NCBI GenBank assembly: GCA_049840735.1
Contig: JASGJN010000007.1
Span: forward strand, 128,001 to 192,000
Direction of reading: 5' to 3'
Source of the DNA: Anaeromyxobacter sp.
Lineage (GTDB): Bacteria > Myxococcota > Myxococcia > Myxococcales > Anaeromyxobacteraceae
Length of the DNA stretch: 64,000 nucleotides
Shown: piece after piece, positions 1 through 12,631 of the stretch
Layout of the letters: every line of letters begins with the position of its first letter
Position numbering within the stretch: the stretch's first letter is position 1
The notes under the pieces: generated by a model
What the model saw: only the letters and a program-made list of their open reading frames with translations
What the model was told of the DNA's origin: nothing
The model's database searches: none
Made by a program: the position numbers and the translations under genes

Positions 1-593
1 TGCATCACGCCCGGGCCGGTGGCGAAGGTGCAGGCGAAGCGGTCGGGGTGGCGCAGCGAGAGGTTGAGCGCGCCGAAGCCGCCCATGGAGTAGCCGGCCA
101 GCCCGCGGGCCTCGCGCCGCGCCACCGTCCGGTAGGTCCGGTCGATGACGCCCACCGCGTCGCGCACCACCCAGGACTCCCAGTCGCCGTCGATGGGCCC
201 CTTGACGAAGAAGGAGCCGCCCATGGGCGAGACGCCGTCCACGCCGACCAGGATGAACTCGCTGCCAGGGCGCGCCGAGAAGGCGGCCCCGAGGGCCCCC
301 TCCCAGCCGGTCACCATCGAGGGCGAGCCGGAGTAGCCGTGGAGGAAGTAGACCACCGGGTAGCGGCGGGAGGGGCTGCGCGCGTAGGAGGGCGGCAGGA
401 GCACGAACAGCGCCACGTTCCCCTGCTTCTCCAGGGCGCCGGCCAGCGCCGGGGAACCCACGTGCATCACCTTCATGGTCCCCAGCTTCTCGCGCTCCAG
501 GATGCGCGCGGCGGGCGGGGCGGCGGCGAGCGCCGGGAGGGCGAGGGCGGCGCAGAGGAAGGCGGCGGCGAGGGCGGTCGGGCGAAGGGGCAC
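1..593 (-). CDS. Secreted putative esterase (alpha/beta hydrolase), running off the left edge of the window
   Basis: Manual translation of the minus strand gives a GTG start at 593, a signal-peptide-like N-terminus, LPPSY...YPVVYFLHGYSG, and the nucleophile elbow GLAGYSMGGFGALNL near 60-110. Confidence 0.75.
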   Translation of the reverse strand, partial: MPLRPTALAAAFLCAALALPALAAAPPAARILEREKLGTMKVMHVGSPALAGALEKQGNVALFVLLPPSYARSPSRRYPVVYFLHGYSGSPSMVTGWEGALGAAFSARPGSEFILVGVDGVSPMGGSFFVKGPIDGDWESWVVRDAVGVIDRTYRTVARREARGLAGYSMGGFGALNLSLRHPDRFACTFATGPGVM

Positions 594-704
594 GGGCGGG
601 CTCCGGGGAGGCCCGCCCCCGGACGCCGGGGGCGGGTCCCTCAAGGACGGGGCAGCCCCCGGTTCGTGACCGGGGGCCGCTTCACCCGCAGCGTATGCCT
701 GCGC

Positions 705-4036
<3,332 letters not shown>

Positions 4037-4303
4037 CGGTGATCCTCCGTTGGGCGCGGCGCACGGTCGCGGTGCGCTCCGGAGGAAGTTGTTGGCGCTG
4101 CCCGTCGTTCACCACATTTCCTTGGATTCCGCGGAGTTAACGTGTCTGGTCGAGGTCGCTGGCGGGGCGTGAAGCTGTAAAGGTTGAAAATGTCCTAACG
4201 CGTCACCATGTTGCGCAGCGTCCGTGGCACGGTTTGTCGCATGGGCCCCACCGGAGTTCACCCGGTCCGGCCACTCCGTGTCCCCCGCAGCGGGAGGTGG
4301 CGC

Positions 4304-5735
4304 GTGCAGGACTACCCTGCCCAGCTCGGCGGCAAGGTCCGGGCCGTCCGCCGCCAGCGCAGCCTGACCCAGGCGCAGCTGGCGGAGCGGCTCGGCATCT
4401 CGGCCAGCTACCTCAACCTCATCGAGCACAACCGGCGCACGCTCTCGGCGCCGCTGCTCATCAAGCTGGCCGAGGTGCTCGACCTCGACCTCAAGGCGCT
4501 CTCCAGCGAGGGCCACCAGCGGGTGGTGGCCGACCTGATGGAGGTCTTCGGGGATCCGCTCTTCGACGGCCACGACGTCACCACCGCCGAGGTCCGCGAG
4601 CTGGCGGCCGCCTCTCCCACGGCGGCGCGCGCCATCCTGGCGCTCTACCGCGGCTACCGCACCGCGCGCGAGGCCTCCGACACGCTGGCGGCCACGCTCT
4701 CCGACGGCGACCTGGAGGCGGTGGCCTCCTCGCACCTGCCGACCGAGGAGGTCTCCGACCTCATCCAGCGCGAGCACAACTACTTCCCGGCGCTCGAGGC
4801 CGGCGCGGAGGCGCTCTGGCGCGACGCGCGGCTCGACCCGGAGTACCTCTACACCTCGCTGGTCCGGCTGCTGACCTCGCTGGGCGTGCAGGTCCGGATC
4901 CTGCGGACCGCCGAGATGGGCGGCGCGGTCCGGCGCTTCGACGCGGCCACCCGCACGCTGGCGCTCTCCGAGGTGCTGCGGCGGGGCAGCCGCAACTTCC
5001 AGCTGGCCTACCAGGTGGGCCTGCTCACCCAGGCGCCGGTGCTGGACCGCGCCGCGGGCGATCCGCTGCTCACCAGCGAGGCCTCCCGCGGGCTGGCGAG
5101 GGTGGCGCTGGCCAACTACTTCGCGGCCGCGGTGCTGATGCCGTACGAGCCGTTCCTGCAGGCGGCCCGCACCGAGCGCTACGACATCGAGCTGCTGGGG
5201 CACCGCTTCCGCACCAGCTTCGAGCAGACCTGCCACCGGCTCACCACGCTCCGGCGGCCGGGGCGGAGGGCGTGCCCTTCCACATGGTCCGCGTGGACAT
5301 CGCCGGGAACATCTCCAAGCGGTTCAGCGCCACCGGGCTGCGCTTCGCCCGCTTCTCCGGCGCCTGCCCGCGCTGGAGCGTGTTCGAGGCCTTCACCACG
5401 CCGGGGCTGGTGCGCACCCAGCTCTCGCGCAGATGCCGACCGGCGCGCGCTACTTCTGGATGGCGCGCACGGTGAGCCGCGAGGGCGGCGGGTTCCACGC
5501 GCCGCGCTCGGTGGTGGCCATCGCCATGGGGTGCGAGGCGGCCCGCGCCCGCGAGCTGGTCTACGCCGACGGCGTCAGCATGGACGGCGACGAGGCGGTG
5601 GTGCCGGTGGGGATCGCCTGCCGGCTCTGCGAGCGCGCCGACTGCGAGCAGCGCGCCTTCCCGCAGCTGCAGCACCCGCTGCGCGTCAACGCGAACGTGC
5701 GCGGGGTGTCGTTCTACGCGCCGCCGGGGGAGTGA
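4304..5735 (+). CDS. XRE/ScfR (RamB/PrpR-type) short-chain fatty acyl-CoA regulator (frameshifts near 5262 and 5432)
   Basis: HTH motif LTQAQLAERLGISASYLNLIEHNRR, then ANYFAAAVLMPY, RVDIAGNISKRFSA, GACPRW and C-terminal CRLCERADCEQRA. GGAGG precedes the GTG at 4304. Divergent from aceBA. Confidence 0.88.
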
Positions 5736-5751
5736 CGAAGGGGTGGCGCTG

Positions 5752-5860
5752 CCCTTCGACTCCGCCGCGGATCGCCGCGGCTACGCTCAGGGCGAACGGT
5801 CGCTCGAATCCGTTCGGGCTGAGCGTAGCGGGCCCGCAGGGCCCGCGAGAGTCGAAGCCC
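5752..5860. repeat. REP-like palindromic element, inverted doublet (copies 1a and 1b)
   Basis: Two inverted units of CTGAGCGTAGC-hairpin-GCG(A)GAGTCGAAG between convergent genes. Confidence 0.8.
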
Positions 5861-5874
5861 AGGCGCCAGCCGAC

Positions 5875-6309
5875 CTAAACGTCGCTGGTGCAGGCGCGGC
5901 ACCTGCGCGCCGCCTGCGGGATGGTCTCCAGGCACGCCGGGCAGACCTTGGTGGGCGCCCCGGGCGGCGGGGGCCGCACGAAGGCCTTGAGCACCAGGAA
6001 GACCACCGAGGCGATGATCACGAAGTCGACAATCCGTCCCAGCAGGTCGCCGTACTTGATGCTCTGGCCGCCGGCCAGCTCCAGCACCGACTCACGCCAC
6101 TCGGTCCCGCCGGGCAGGAGCATGCCGACGATGGGCATGATCACGTCGTCCACCACGCCGCTCACCACCTTGCCGACGGCGCCGCCGATGATGACGCCGG
6201 CCGCCAGGGCGACCACGTTCTGCTTCAGGAGGAACTCGCGGAACTCGTGGCCGAAGGACCGCATCGCTCCCGAGGCCTTTCCCATGGCCGCGCCAGGGTT
6301 CAGCTCCAT
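5875..6309 (-). CDS. mscL: Large-conductance mechanosensitive channel with a C-terminal CxxC..CxxC tail
   Basis: EFREFLLKQNVVALAAGVIIGGA, DDVIMP, YGDLLGRIVDFVII. Confidence 0.9.
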   Translation of the reverse strand: MELNPGAAMGKASGAMRSFGHEFREFLLKQNVVALAAGVIIGGAVGKVVSGVVDDVIMPIVGMLLPGGTEWRESVLELAGGQSIKYGDLLGRIVDFVIIASVVFLVLKAFVRPPPPGAPTKVCPACLETIPQAARRCRACTSDV

Positions 6310-6467
6310 CTCGCAACTCCCCTCCGGGAGAGCCGTCTCCCGCGCCCCGTCATCCTGACGGGCCCGTCCGGCGTATCAGGCCGGGCCAGGCGCGCCAAGA
6401 AGGGAAGGGCTCCCTGGAGGGTGCTGCAAGGTGTCTGGGCGCGTGGCCCGGAGCGCGTTCACGTGCC

Positions 6468-7832
6468 TCAGCCGGCGATGCCGAGCCGGTCGGTCTCCAG
6501 CCGCGCCGGGCGCGAGGACCGTGCCGACCGGAGCAGCTCTCCGTCGCTGGCCCGCCGGCGCAGGAACGCGTACCGGTCCAGCTCCAGCGCCGCGGCCAGC
6601 GACTCGGCCAGGCGCTCCAGCCAGCGCGCCCGGGCGGCGGCCTGGCCAGCCTCCAGCCGCGTGGACTGCTCCGCCTCGCGCTCCAGCGTCCGCAGCCGGC
6701 GCTCGGCCTCGCGCTCCTCCGCCTCCAGCGCAGCCACCGTGGCCTGCGCGCGGGCCAGCGCCTCGCCGCGCCGGGCCCGCTCGGCGGCGTCGCGCGCCTG
6801 CTCGCGGTCCCAGGCCAGCGCCGCGCCCAGCGCCTCCTCGCGCCGGGCCCAGAGCCAGGCGGCGCGGCGCAGCAGCAGCACCGCCGCGATGGGCAGGGCC
6901 GCCACCCAGACCAGCTCGGCGGCGGGCGCGGCGGAGAGCGAGGCCGCCGCCACCGCCAGCGCGGCGGCGCCGCCGCCGGCCGCCGTGAGCGCCACCAGCG
7001 CCCGCCGGCGCTCGCCGGCCGCGGCCAGCAGCTGGACCCAGCGCTCGGCGCCGGCCGCCACCAGCGCGAACAGGGCCACCGCCCCGCCCAGCGCGAAGGC
7101 CAGGCCGGCGCCGCCCGCGAGCGGCGCGGAGGCCAGCGCGGCCGGGAGGTCGGGGGGCGCGCCGGCGGCGCGCAGCGCCGGCCCGGACAGCCGCAGCGTC
7201 TCGGAGGCGAGCAGGGCGCCCGCCAGCGCCCGCAGCCCCAGCGGCAGCCAGGGCAGCGGGACCGGGGGGCGGCCGCGCTGCTCGGGCGTGGCGGCCAGCG
7301 CCTCGGGATCGACCGGCAGCGCGCCGCGGACCAGGTCGTCGGCCACCGCGCGCGTCAGCGCCTCGGCGTGGGCGCGGGCGTGCAGGAGCCGGTCCGAGGC
7401 CGCGATCAGCGCCGCCGCCGCGGCGGCGCGCGCCGGCGGCTCGGGCGCGGGCGGCGGGGGCGCGGGCGTGCCGCCGGCGCCCCGCGGGGCGGCGCGCGGG
7501 GCGGGGTGGCGCGAGCGGACCACCACCTCGCCGTCCTGGACGTCCAGGTCCACCGGCAGCACCTCCAGCGCCACCGGCAGCCGGGTCGCGTAGCGGGCGA
7601 GGCGATACCGGAGGAAGTCGTCCAGCCGCACGCCGGAGCGGACGGCCAGCCGCGCCGAGAGCTCGGCCTCGAGCCGCGACCGGACCAGCGGCCGCCGGGG
7701 CTCCGCCTCGTCCCTGGCGAGGGCTCGCCGCGCCGCCCGCGCCTGCCAGCCCTCCGTCACGCGCTGGAGCAGCCGCTGCACCGGGCCCCCCGTCGCCACC
7801 GCCGTCCCGAACAGGCCGCCGCTTCCGGACAT
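6468..7832 (-). CDS. Uncharacterised membrane / coiled-coil protein (paralog A)
   Basis: ATG at 7832 in frame to the stop at 6468. Hydrophobic segments are followed by a coiled coil. Shares motifs with 12632..14050. Confidence 0.7.
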   Translation of the reverse strand: MSGSGGLFGTAVATGGPVQRLLQRVTEGWQARAARRALARDEAEPRRPLVRSRLEAELSARLAVRSGVRLDDFLRYRLARYATRLPVALEVLPVDLDVQDGEVVVRSRHPAPRAAPRGAGGTPAPPPPAPEPPARAAAAAALIAASDRLLHARAHAEALTRAVADDLVRGALPVDPEALAATPEQRGRPPVPLPWLPLGLRALAGALLASETLRLSGPALRAAGAPPDLPAALASAPLAGGAGLAFALGGAVALFALVAAGAERWVQLLAAAGERRRALVALTAAGGGAAALAVAAASLSAAPAAELVWVAALPIAAVLLLRRAAWLWARREEALGAALAWDREQARDAAERARRGEALARAQATVAALEAEEREAERRLRTLEREAEQSTRLEAGQAAARARWLERLAESLAAALELDRYAFLRRRASDGELLRSARSSRPARLETDRLGIAG

Positions 7833-8009
7833 CGCTCGTGCCTCTCTTCCCCGTTGCCCCAGCGCGAAGCTAGGGAGGCAGGCGGGTGAGGGCCAAGGGC
7901 ACCGGCGGGGCAGCGGGTCCAACGGGGGAGTGCCTGGGGACGGGTCCGGTCGCAGGTCAGGCGACCGAGGGATACCGTATCCCACCTGGCGACGGTTACG
8001 TTCCCGGAG

Positions 8010-8393
8010 GTGGGACGAGCGCCCCGCATCCTGGTCGTGGACGACAACGAGGTCCTGCGCACGCTGGTCGCGCAGGCGCTCGAGGGGGAAGGGTACGTCG
8101 CCATCGCCGCCGACAGCGGCGAGGCCGCGCTGGACGTGGCCAGCTTCGACCCTCCGGACCTGTGCGTGGTGGATCAGGTCATGCCCGGCATGAGCGGCGC
8201 GGAGCTGATCCGGGCGCTCCGGTCGTCGCAGGACGAGCGGCTGCGCAGGATCCCCGCCATCGGGCTCACCGGGTACACCGGCGCGGAGCGCGAGCTGATC
8301 GCGGCCGGGGCCTGCTCGGCCATGCCCAAGCCGGTCTGCTACGGCACGCTCTTCGAGCGGGTGCGGACGGTCCTGGGCGAGCAGCTGCATTGA
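8010..8393 (+). CDS. Single-domain response regulator (CheY-like receiver)
   Basis: ILVVDDN, phosphoacceptor DQVMPGMSG, LTG, KP. Confidence 0.9.
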   Translation: MGRAPRILVVDDNEVLRTLVAQALEGEGYVAIAADSGEAALDVASFDPPDLCVVDQVMPGMSGAELIRALRSSQDERLRRIPAIGLTGYTGAERELIAAGACSAMPKPVCYGTLFERVRTVLGEQLH

Positions 8394-8415
8394 GCGGGGT
8401 TCACGGCCCCGCTCA
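8391..8415. terminator. GC-rich hairpin at a convergent gene end
   Basis: TGAGCGGGG-7nt-CCCCGCTCA is a perfect 9-bp inverted repeat, with no U-tract. Confidence 0.4.
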
Positions 8416-8422
8416 TGACCAG

Positions 8423-8496
8423 CCGTTCGGCCTGAGCCCTTCGACTCCACGCCCGCCGAGCGGGCGCTACGCTCAGGGCGGGCGGAGTCGAAGGCC
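8423..8496. repeat. REP-like element, nested copy
   Basis: An inverted unit (CTTCGACTCCAC..GCTACGCTCAG) lies inside the flanks CTGAGC...GCGGAGTCGAAG. Confidence 0.8.
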
Positions 8497-8512
8497 AGGG
8501 ACAAGGCGGACC

Positions 8513-9704
8513 TCACCCCCGCGCGTAGCTCTCCATCGCCGCCGACACCGCCGCGCCGGGGCGGACCGTCCGCCCCTGCCTGGCCAGCGCCTGCTCCAGC
8601 GCGCCCAGCACCGCCAGCACGTGCTCCTGGCGCGCCGACTCGCCCATCAGCCCGATGCGCCAGACCTTCCCCGAAAGCGGCCCCAGGCCGCCGCCGATCT
8701 CGATCCCGTGCTCGGCCAGCAGCACCTTGCGCGCGGCGGCCTCGTCCACGCCCTCCGGCACCCGGATGCAGCTGAGCGTGGGGAGCCGGTGCCCCTCCTG
8801 CGCCTGAGGGGAGCAGCCCAGCGCGGCGGCGCCGGCCATCAGCGCCGCCGCGTGGCGGCGGTGGCGCGCGTAGCGGGCCGGGAGCCCCTCCTCCAGGACG
8901 ATCCGCAGCGCCTCGCGGAGGGCGTAGACCATCGAGATGGGCGCGGTGTGGTGGTACACGCGCTTCCCCTCCGCCCAGTAGTCCGCCACCATGCCCGCGT
9001 CGAGGTACCAGCTCTGCACCTTGGTCTTGCGCGCCCGCACCGCCTCCAGCGCGCGGGGCGAGAGCGTCAGCGGCGCCAGCCCGGGCGGGCAGGAGAGGCA
9101 CTTCTGGGTCCCGGAGTAGCAGGCGTCGATCTCCCAGGCGTCCACCTCGACCGGCACGCCGCCCAGGGACGTGACCGCGTCCACCACCAGCAGCGCGCCG
9201 TGCGCATGGCAGAGCCGCCCCAGCCCCTCCAGCGGCTGGTGCGCGCCCGTGGAGGTCTCGGCCTGCACGATGGCCACCGCCTTGACCGGCTTCTCCGACT
9301 GGAGCACGGCCTCGATCCGGGCCAGGTCGCAGACCTCGCCCCAGGGGACGTCCAGCTTCACGAGCCGCCCGCCGGCGCGCCCCACGATGTCCGCCATGCG
9401 GTTGCCGAAGACGCCTGCGGCCACCACCACCACCGCGTCGCCCGGCTCGATGAGGTTGACCAGCGCCGCCTCCATGCCGGCCGAGCCGGTGCCGGAGAAC
9501 CGCGATGGTGAAGGGGTTCTGGGTGCCCATCACCTCCCGCAGCATGGCCTGGACCTCGTTCATGATGACGAGGAACGCGGGGTCGAGGTGGCCGAGCAGC
9601 GGCGTGGACATGGCCCGCAGCACGCGCGGATGGACCAGGCTGGGGCCTGGGCCGAGGAGCAGGCGGGCAGGGGGCGCGAGCTCGGACACGGTGGAGGCGG
9701 TCAT
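8513..9704 (-). CDS. Alanine/serine-glyoxylate aminotransferase family, class V PLP enzyme (frameshift near 9500)
   Basis: LLLGPGPS, GHLDP, ETSTG, DAVTSLGG, PLP lysine in SGTQKCLS, YHHTAP, WRIGLMG. Confidence 0.9.
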
Positions 9705-9999
9705 GTGTGGCTCCGGGGCGAGGGGTCTGCAGGCCAGGCGCGGCACGATGATCTATTGGGCTCGACGCACGGCGTCCAACGCAGCGCGCGGCTCGCGCGG
9801 GGCCCGGCGCCCGGGCGATGACGGTGCGTGAAGGGTCGGGGCAGGCTCCAGCCGCAGGCTTCAGGCCAGGTGCAAGCTCGGCGCCGCCCGTCTGAATGCC
9901 CTGCCCCCCGGGCCCGTCCGGAAGGAGGACCCCGCCGGCCTTGACCCCCCGGCGCCACCCCTGAGAACCTCTCAGCACCCCGACCGCGGAGGAGTCCCG

Positions 10000-11808
10000 A
10001 TGACCCGCCTCACCCCCGTCCTGCTGGCGCTCGCGTCCCTGCTGGCCTCGCCCGCGTCGGCCCAGCAGCGCCCGGCGCCGGAGCCCTCGCGCGGACTCCT
10101 GGCCTGGTACCCGCTCGCCGGCACCGCGGTGGACGCGCTCTCGGGCGCCCCGGCCCGCGGCGTGGGGCTGCGCGCGGTGGAGGGGCCGCAGGGGCAGGGC
10201 AGCGGCGCGCTCTGGTTCGACGGCGTCCGCAGCTTCGCCGACCTGGGCGACCGGCTGCAGCCGGGCCGCTTCACCGTCTCCGCCTGGATCCGGCCGGAGC
10301 GGGTGGAGACGCCGCAGGTGGTGGTCTCGAAGATCCGCAACCTCCCGGGCCACTACCAGCGCAACCTGGAGCTGCGGGTGGAGCCGGGCGGCAGGCTCTT
10401 CCTGCAGGCGCCGGGCGGCGCCGCCTGGGACGGCGTCACCGGCCAGCGCGCCGTCTCCCCGGGCCGCTGGACGCACGTGGCGGCCACCTACGACGGCGCG
10501 CGGGCGCAGCTCTGGGTGGACGGGGAGCCTGACGGCCCGCCGCTGGAGGTGGCCTACGCCCAGACCCGCACGCCCATCTTCGTCGGCGCGCGCCCGGAGA
10601 GCGGCGGCCGCGACGGGCGGACCGTGGCCGGCCCGGCCTTCTTCTTCCAGGGGGCCATCGCCGACGTGCGGCTCTGGGACCGCGCGCTGGGCGCGCCGGA
10701 GCTGCGCGAGGCGGCGGGGCGGAGCGCGCCGCGCCCGCCGGTGCCCGAGCCCGGCCCGGCGCAGGGGCTGGCGCAGCCCGTGGCGCGCCTGCCGCTCGAC
10801 GGCGACGCCCGCGACGCCACCGGCCAGGCCGACGGACGGGTGGTGGGCCCGCTGCGCGTGGCGGAGGACCGGCAGGGCAACCCCGGCGGCGCGCTGGCCT
10901 TCCCCGGGCGCGACGGCTGGGTGGACCTGGGCGTGCGGGTGGAGCCGGAGCGGCTCTCCATCTCGGCGTGGGTGCGCCTCTCGCGGCTGGACGACGACCA
11001 GGTGATCTTCTCCAAGTGGTCGAGCCCGCCGGGCAGCTCCGGCGACCGCTGGCTGGAGCTGCGCGTGGACCGCGGCGGCCGGGTGGTCTTCGCGCTGCCG
11101 AGCGGCACGCTCTCGCGGGCGCAGCAGGTGCGCAGCGGCCGCCCCATCGCGCAGGGGCGCTGGACGCACCTGGCCGCGGTCTACGACGGCGCGCAGGCGA
11201 CGCTCTACGTGAACGGCGCGATCGAGGGGCAGGCGCGGCTGGAGCCGTTCGAGGCCGCGCGCGGCCCGGCCTTCCTGGGCGGCCGGCCGGACCAGCGCGG
11301 GCAGGGCGTCCGCCCCTGGACCTCGCTCACCGGGCGCCTCGACGAGGTGCTGCTCTTCCGCGGCGCGCTGCGCCCGCAGGACGTGGCCGCGCTGGCCAGC
11401 GGCGCGCCCTTCCCGCCGCCGGCCCCGCCGCCCGGGCCGGGCCAGGACGACGACGTGGCGGCCTTCCTGCTCACCGTGGATCGCTTCGTGGCGCGCTACG
11501 ACCAGGCGGTCATCCAGCGCAAGGCCGGCGAGGTGCAGGAGCTGGAGGGGCGCATCCTGAAGGCGCTGGAGGAGGCCGAGCGCGACGCGCGGGCCGACCG
11601 CAACCTGCGCGTGGCCGGGTACGTGCGGCGGGCCGCGGCCGACCTGCGCGAGGCGAAGGGCGAGCTCGACGCCATGTCGCTCGACCGCAAGCGCTCGGCG
11701 CTGCACGGGCTGTCCGAGGCGCTCTGGAACGACCTGGTGGAGGACGTGGACGGCCTCCCCTTCGAGGACCCGCGGGTGCACGGCCGCAGCCGCGGGCGCT
11801 GGTACTGA
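10000..11808 (+). CDS. Secreted protein with two LamG/concanavalin-like domains and a helical C-terminus
   Basis: Signal peptide, two repeats of S(A)WIR/WVR..GRWTH(V/L)AA(T/V)YDGA..L(W/Y)V(D/N)G, and GGAG before the ATG. Confidence 0.8.
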   Translation: MTRLTPVLLALASLLASPASAQQRPAPEPSRGLLAWYPLAGTAVDALSGAPARGVGLRAVEGPQGQGSGALWFDGVRSFADLGDRLQPGRFTVSAWIRPERVETPQVVVSKIRNLPGHYQRNLELRVEPGGRLFLQAPGGAAWDGVTGQRAVSPGRWTHVAATYDGARAQLWVDGEPDGPPLEVAYAQTRTPIFVGARPESGGRDGRTVAGPAFFFQGAIADVRLWDRALGAPELREAAGRSAPRPPVPEPGPAQGLAQPVARLPLDGDARDATGQADGRVVGPLRVAEDRQGNPGGALAFPGRDGWVDLGVRVEPERLSISAWVRLSRLDDDQVIFSKWSSPPGSSGDRWLELRVDRGGRVVFALPSGTLSRAQQVRSGRPIAQGRWTHLAAVYDGAQATLYVNGAIEGQARLEPFEAARGPAFLGGRPDQRGQGVRPWTSLTGRLDEVLLFRGALRPQDVAALASGAPFPPPAPPPGPGQDDDVAAFLLTVDRFVARYDQAVIQRKAGEVQELEGRILKALEEAERDARADRNLRVAGYVRRAAADLREAKGELDAMSLDRKRSALHGLSEALWNDLVEDVDGLPFEDPRVHGRSRGRWY

Positions 11809-11810
11809 GG

Positions 11811-12575
11811 CTACCCTCGCGTCCCCGGCGTCCCGGCGCCGGGGGCGCACCCCGATAGCCACAGCGCCACCTGCCCCAGCGCGCAGGGGACGGCCGCGTC
11901 CACCCGCAGCACGCGCGGGCCCAGCGAGAAGGGCAGGAAGCCCAGCTCCTCCAGCCGCCCCGCCTCGTAGGCGGTGAAGCCGCCCTCCGGCCCGATGGCC
12001 ACCGTGGCCTCGGCGCCGCTGGCCGGGAGGTCCTGCAGCGGCCGCGCGCCCACCGGGTGGGCCAGGAGCCGCACCGGCGCGGGCAGGAGGGTGGTGAGCT
12101 CGTCCTCCACCAGCGGCTTGAAGAGCCGCCGGACCTCCACCGAGGGCAGGAGGGTGTCCCGCCCCTGCTCCAGCCCCAGCACCAGCTCGGCGCGCAGCGC
12201 CGCCGGCTCGAGGAAGGGCGAGGCGAAGTAGGCCTTCTCCACCCGCCAGCTGCCGCAGAGCACGATCCGCTTCACGCCCATCGAGGCCACGGCCTGGAGG
12301 ACGCGGCGGAGGATCTTGGGGCGGGGCAGGGCCAGCAGGAGCGAGAGCGGGGAGGGCGGGGGCGGCGGCTCGGTCAGCCGCGCCGCCAGCACCACCTCTT
12401 CCGGCCCGGCGGAGAGCAGCTCGGCGGTGCCCATGGCCCCGCCCACCACGCCGGCGCGCAGCGTGTCGCCGGCGGCGGCGCGCAGGACCTCGTGCACGTG
12501 GCGGGCGCGCCGGCCGCCCAGCCGGGCGGTGCCGTCGGCCGCGAGCTCGCCGGGCTCGAGCAGGAGCAGGTTCAC
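11811..12575 (-). CDS. rsmE: 16S rRNA m3U1498 methyltransferase
   Basis: HVHEVLR, LALPRPK, SPOUT motifs AIGPEGGF and LGPRVLRVDAA. Confidence 0.88.
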   Translation of the reverse strand: MNLLLLEPGELAADGTARLGGRRARHVHEVLRAAAGDTLRAGVVGGAMGTAELLSAGPEEVVLAARLTEPPPPPSPLSLLLALPRPKILRRVLQAVASMGVKRIVLCGSWRVEKAYFASPFLEPAALRAELVLGLEQGRDTLLPSVEVRRLFKPLVEDELTTLLPAPVRLLAHPVGARPLQDLPASGAEATVAIGPEGGFTAYEAGRLEELGFLPFSLGPRVLRVDAAVPCALGQVALWLSGCAPGAGTPGTRG

Positions 12576-12631
12576 GGCGCGGGAGGGTGGCGAAGGCGCG
12601 GAGCCAAGTCAACCCGCCCTGCGCACCCCGC

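Noticed and set aside
4225..4241. Sigma-54-like TGGCACGGTTTGTCGC upstream of the ScfR regulator
   Set aside because: The GG-to-GC spacing is one base too long, so it cannot be supported unless an indel error is shown.
6468..9746. Apparent aminotransferase-membrane protein fusion and similar run-through ORFs (20609..22792, 50398..52983, 56120..58423)
   Set aside because: They are artefacts of frameshifts and shared frames. Each part has its own start and stop once single-base errors are corrected.
9838..9910. tRNA gene suggested by the GGGGCAG/CTGCCCC closing stem
   Set aside because: There is no T-loop (TTCGA), D-loop or anticodon arm geometry.
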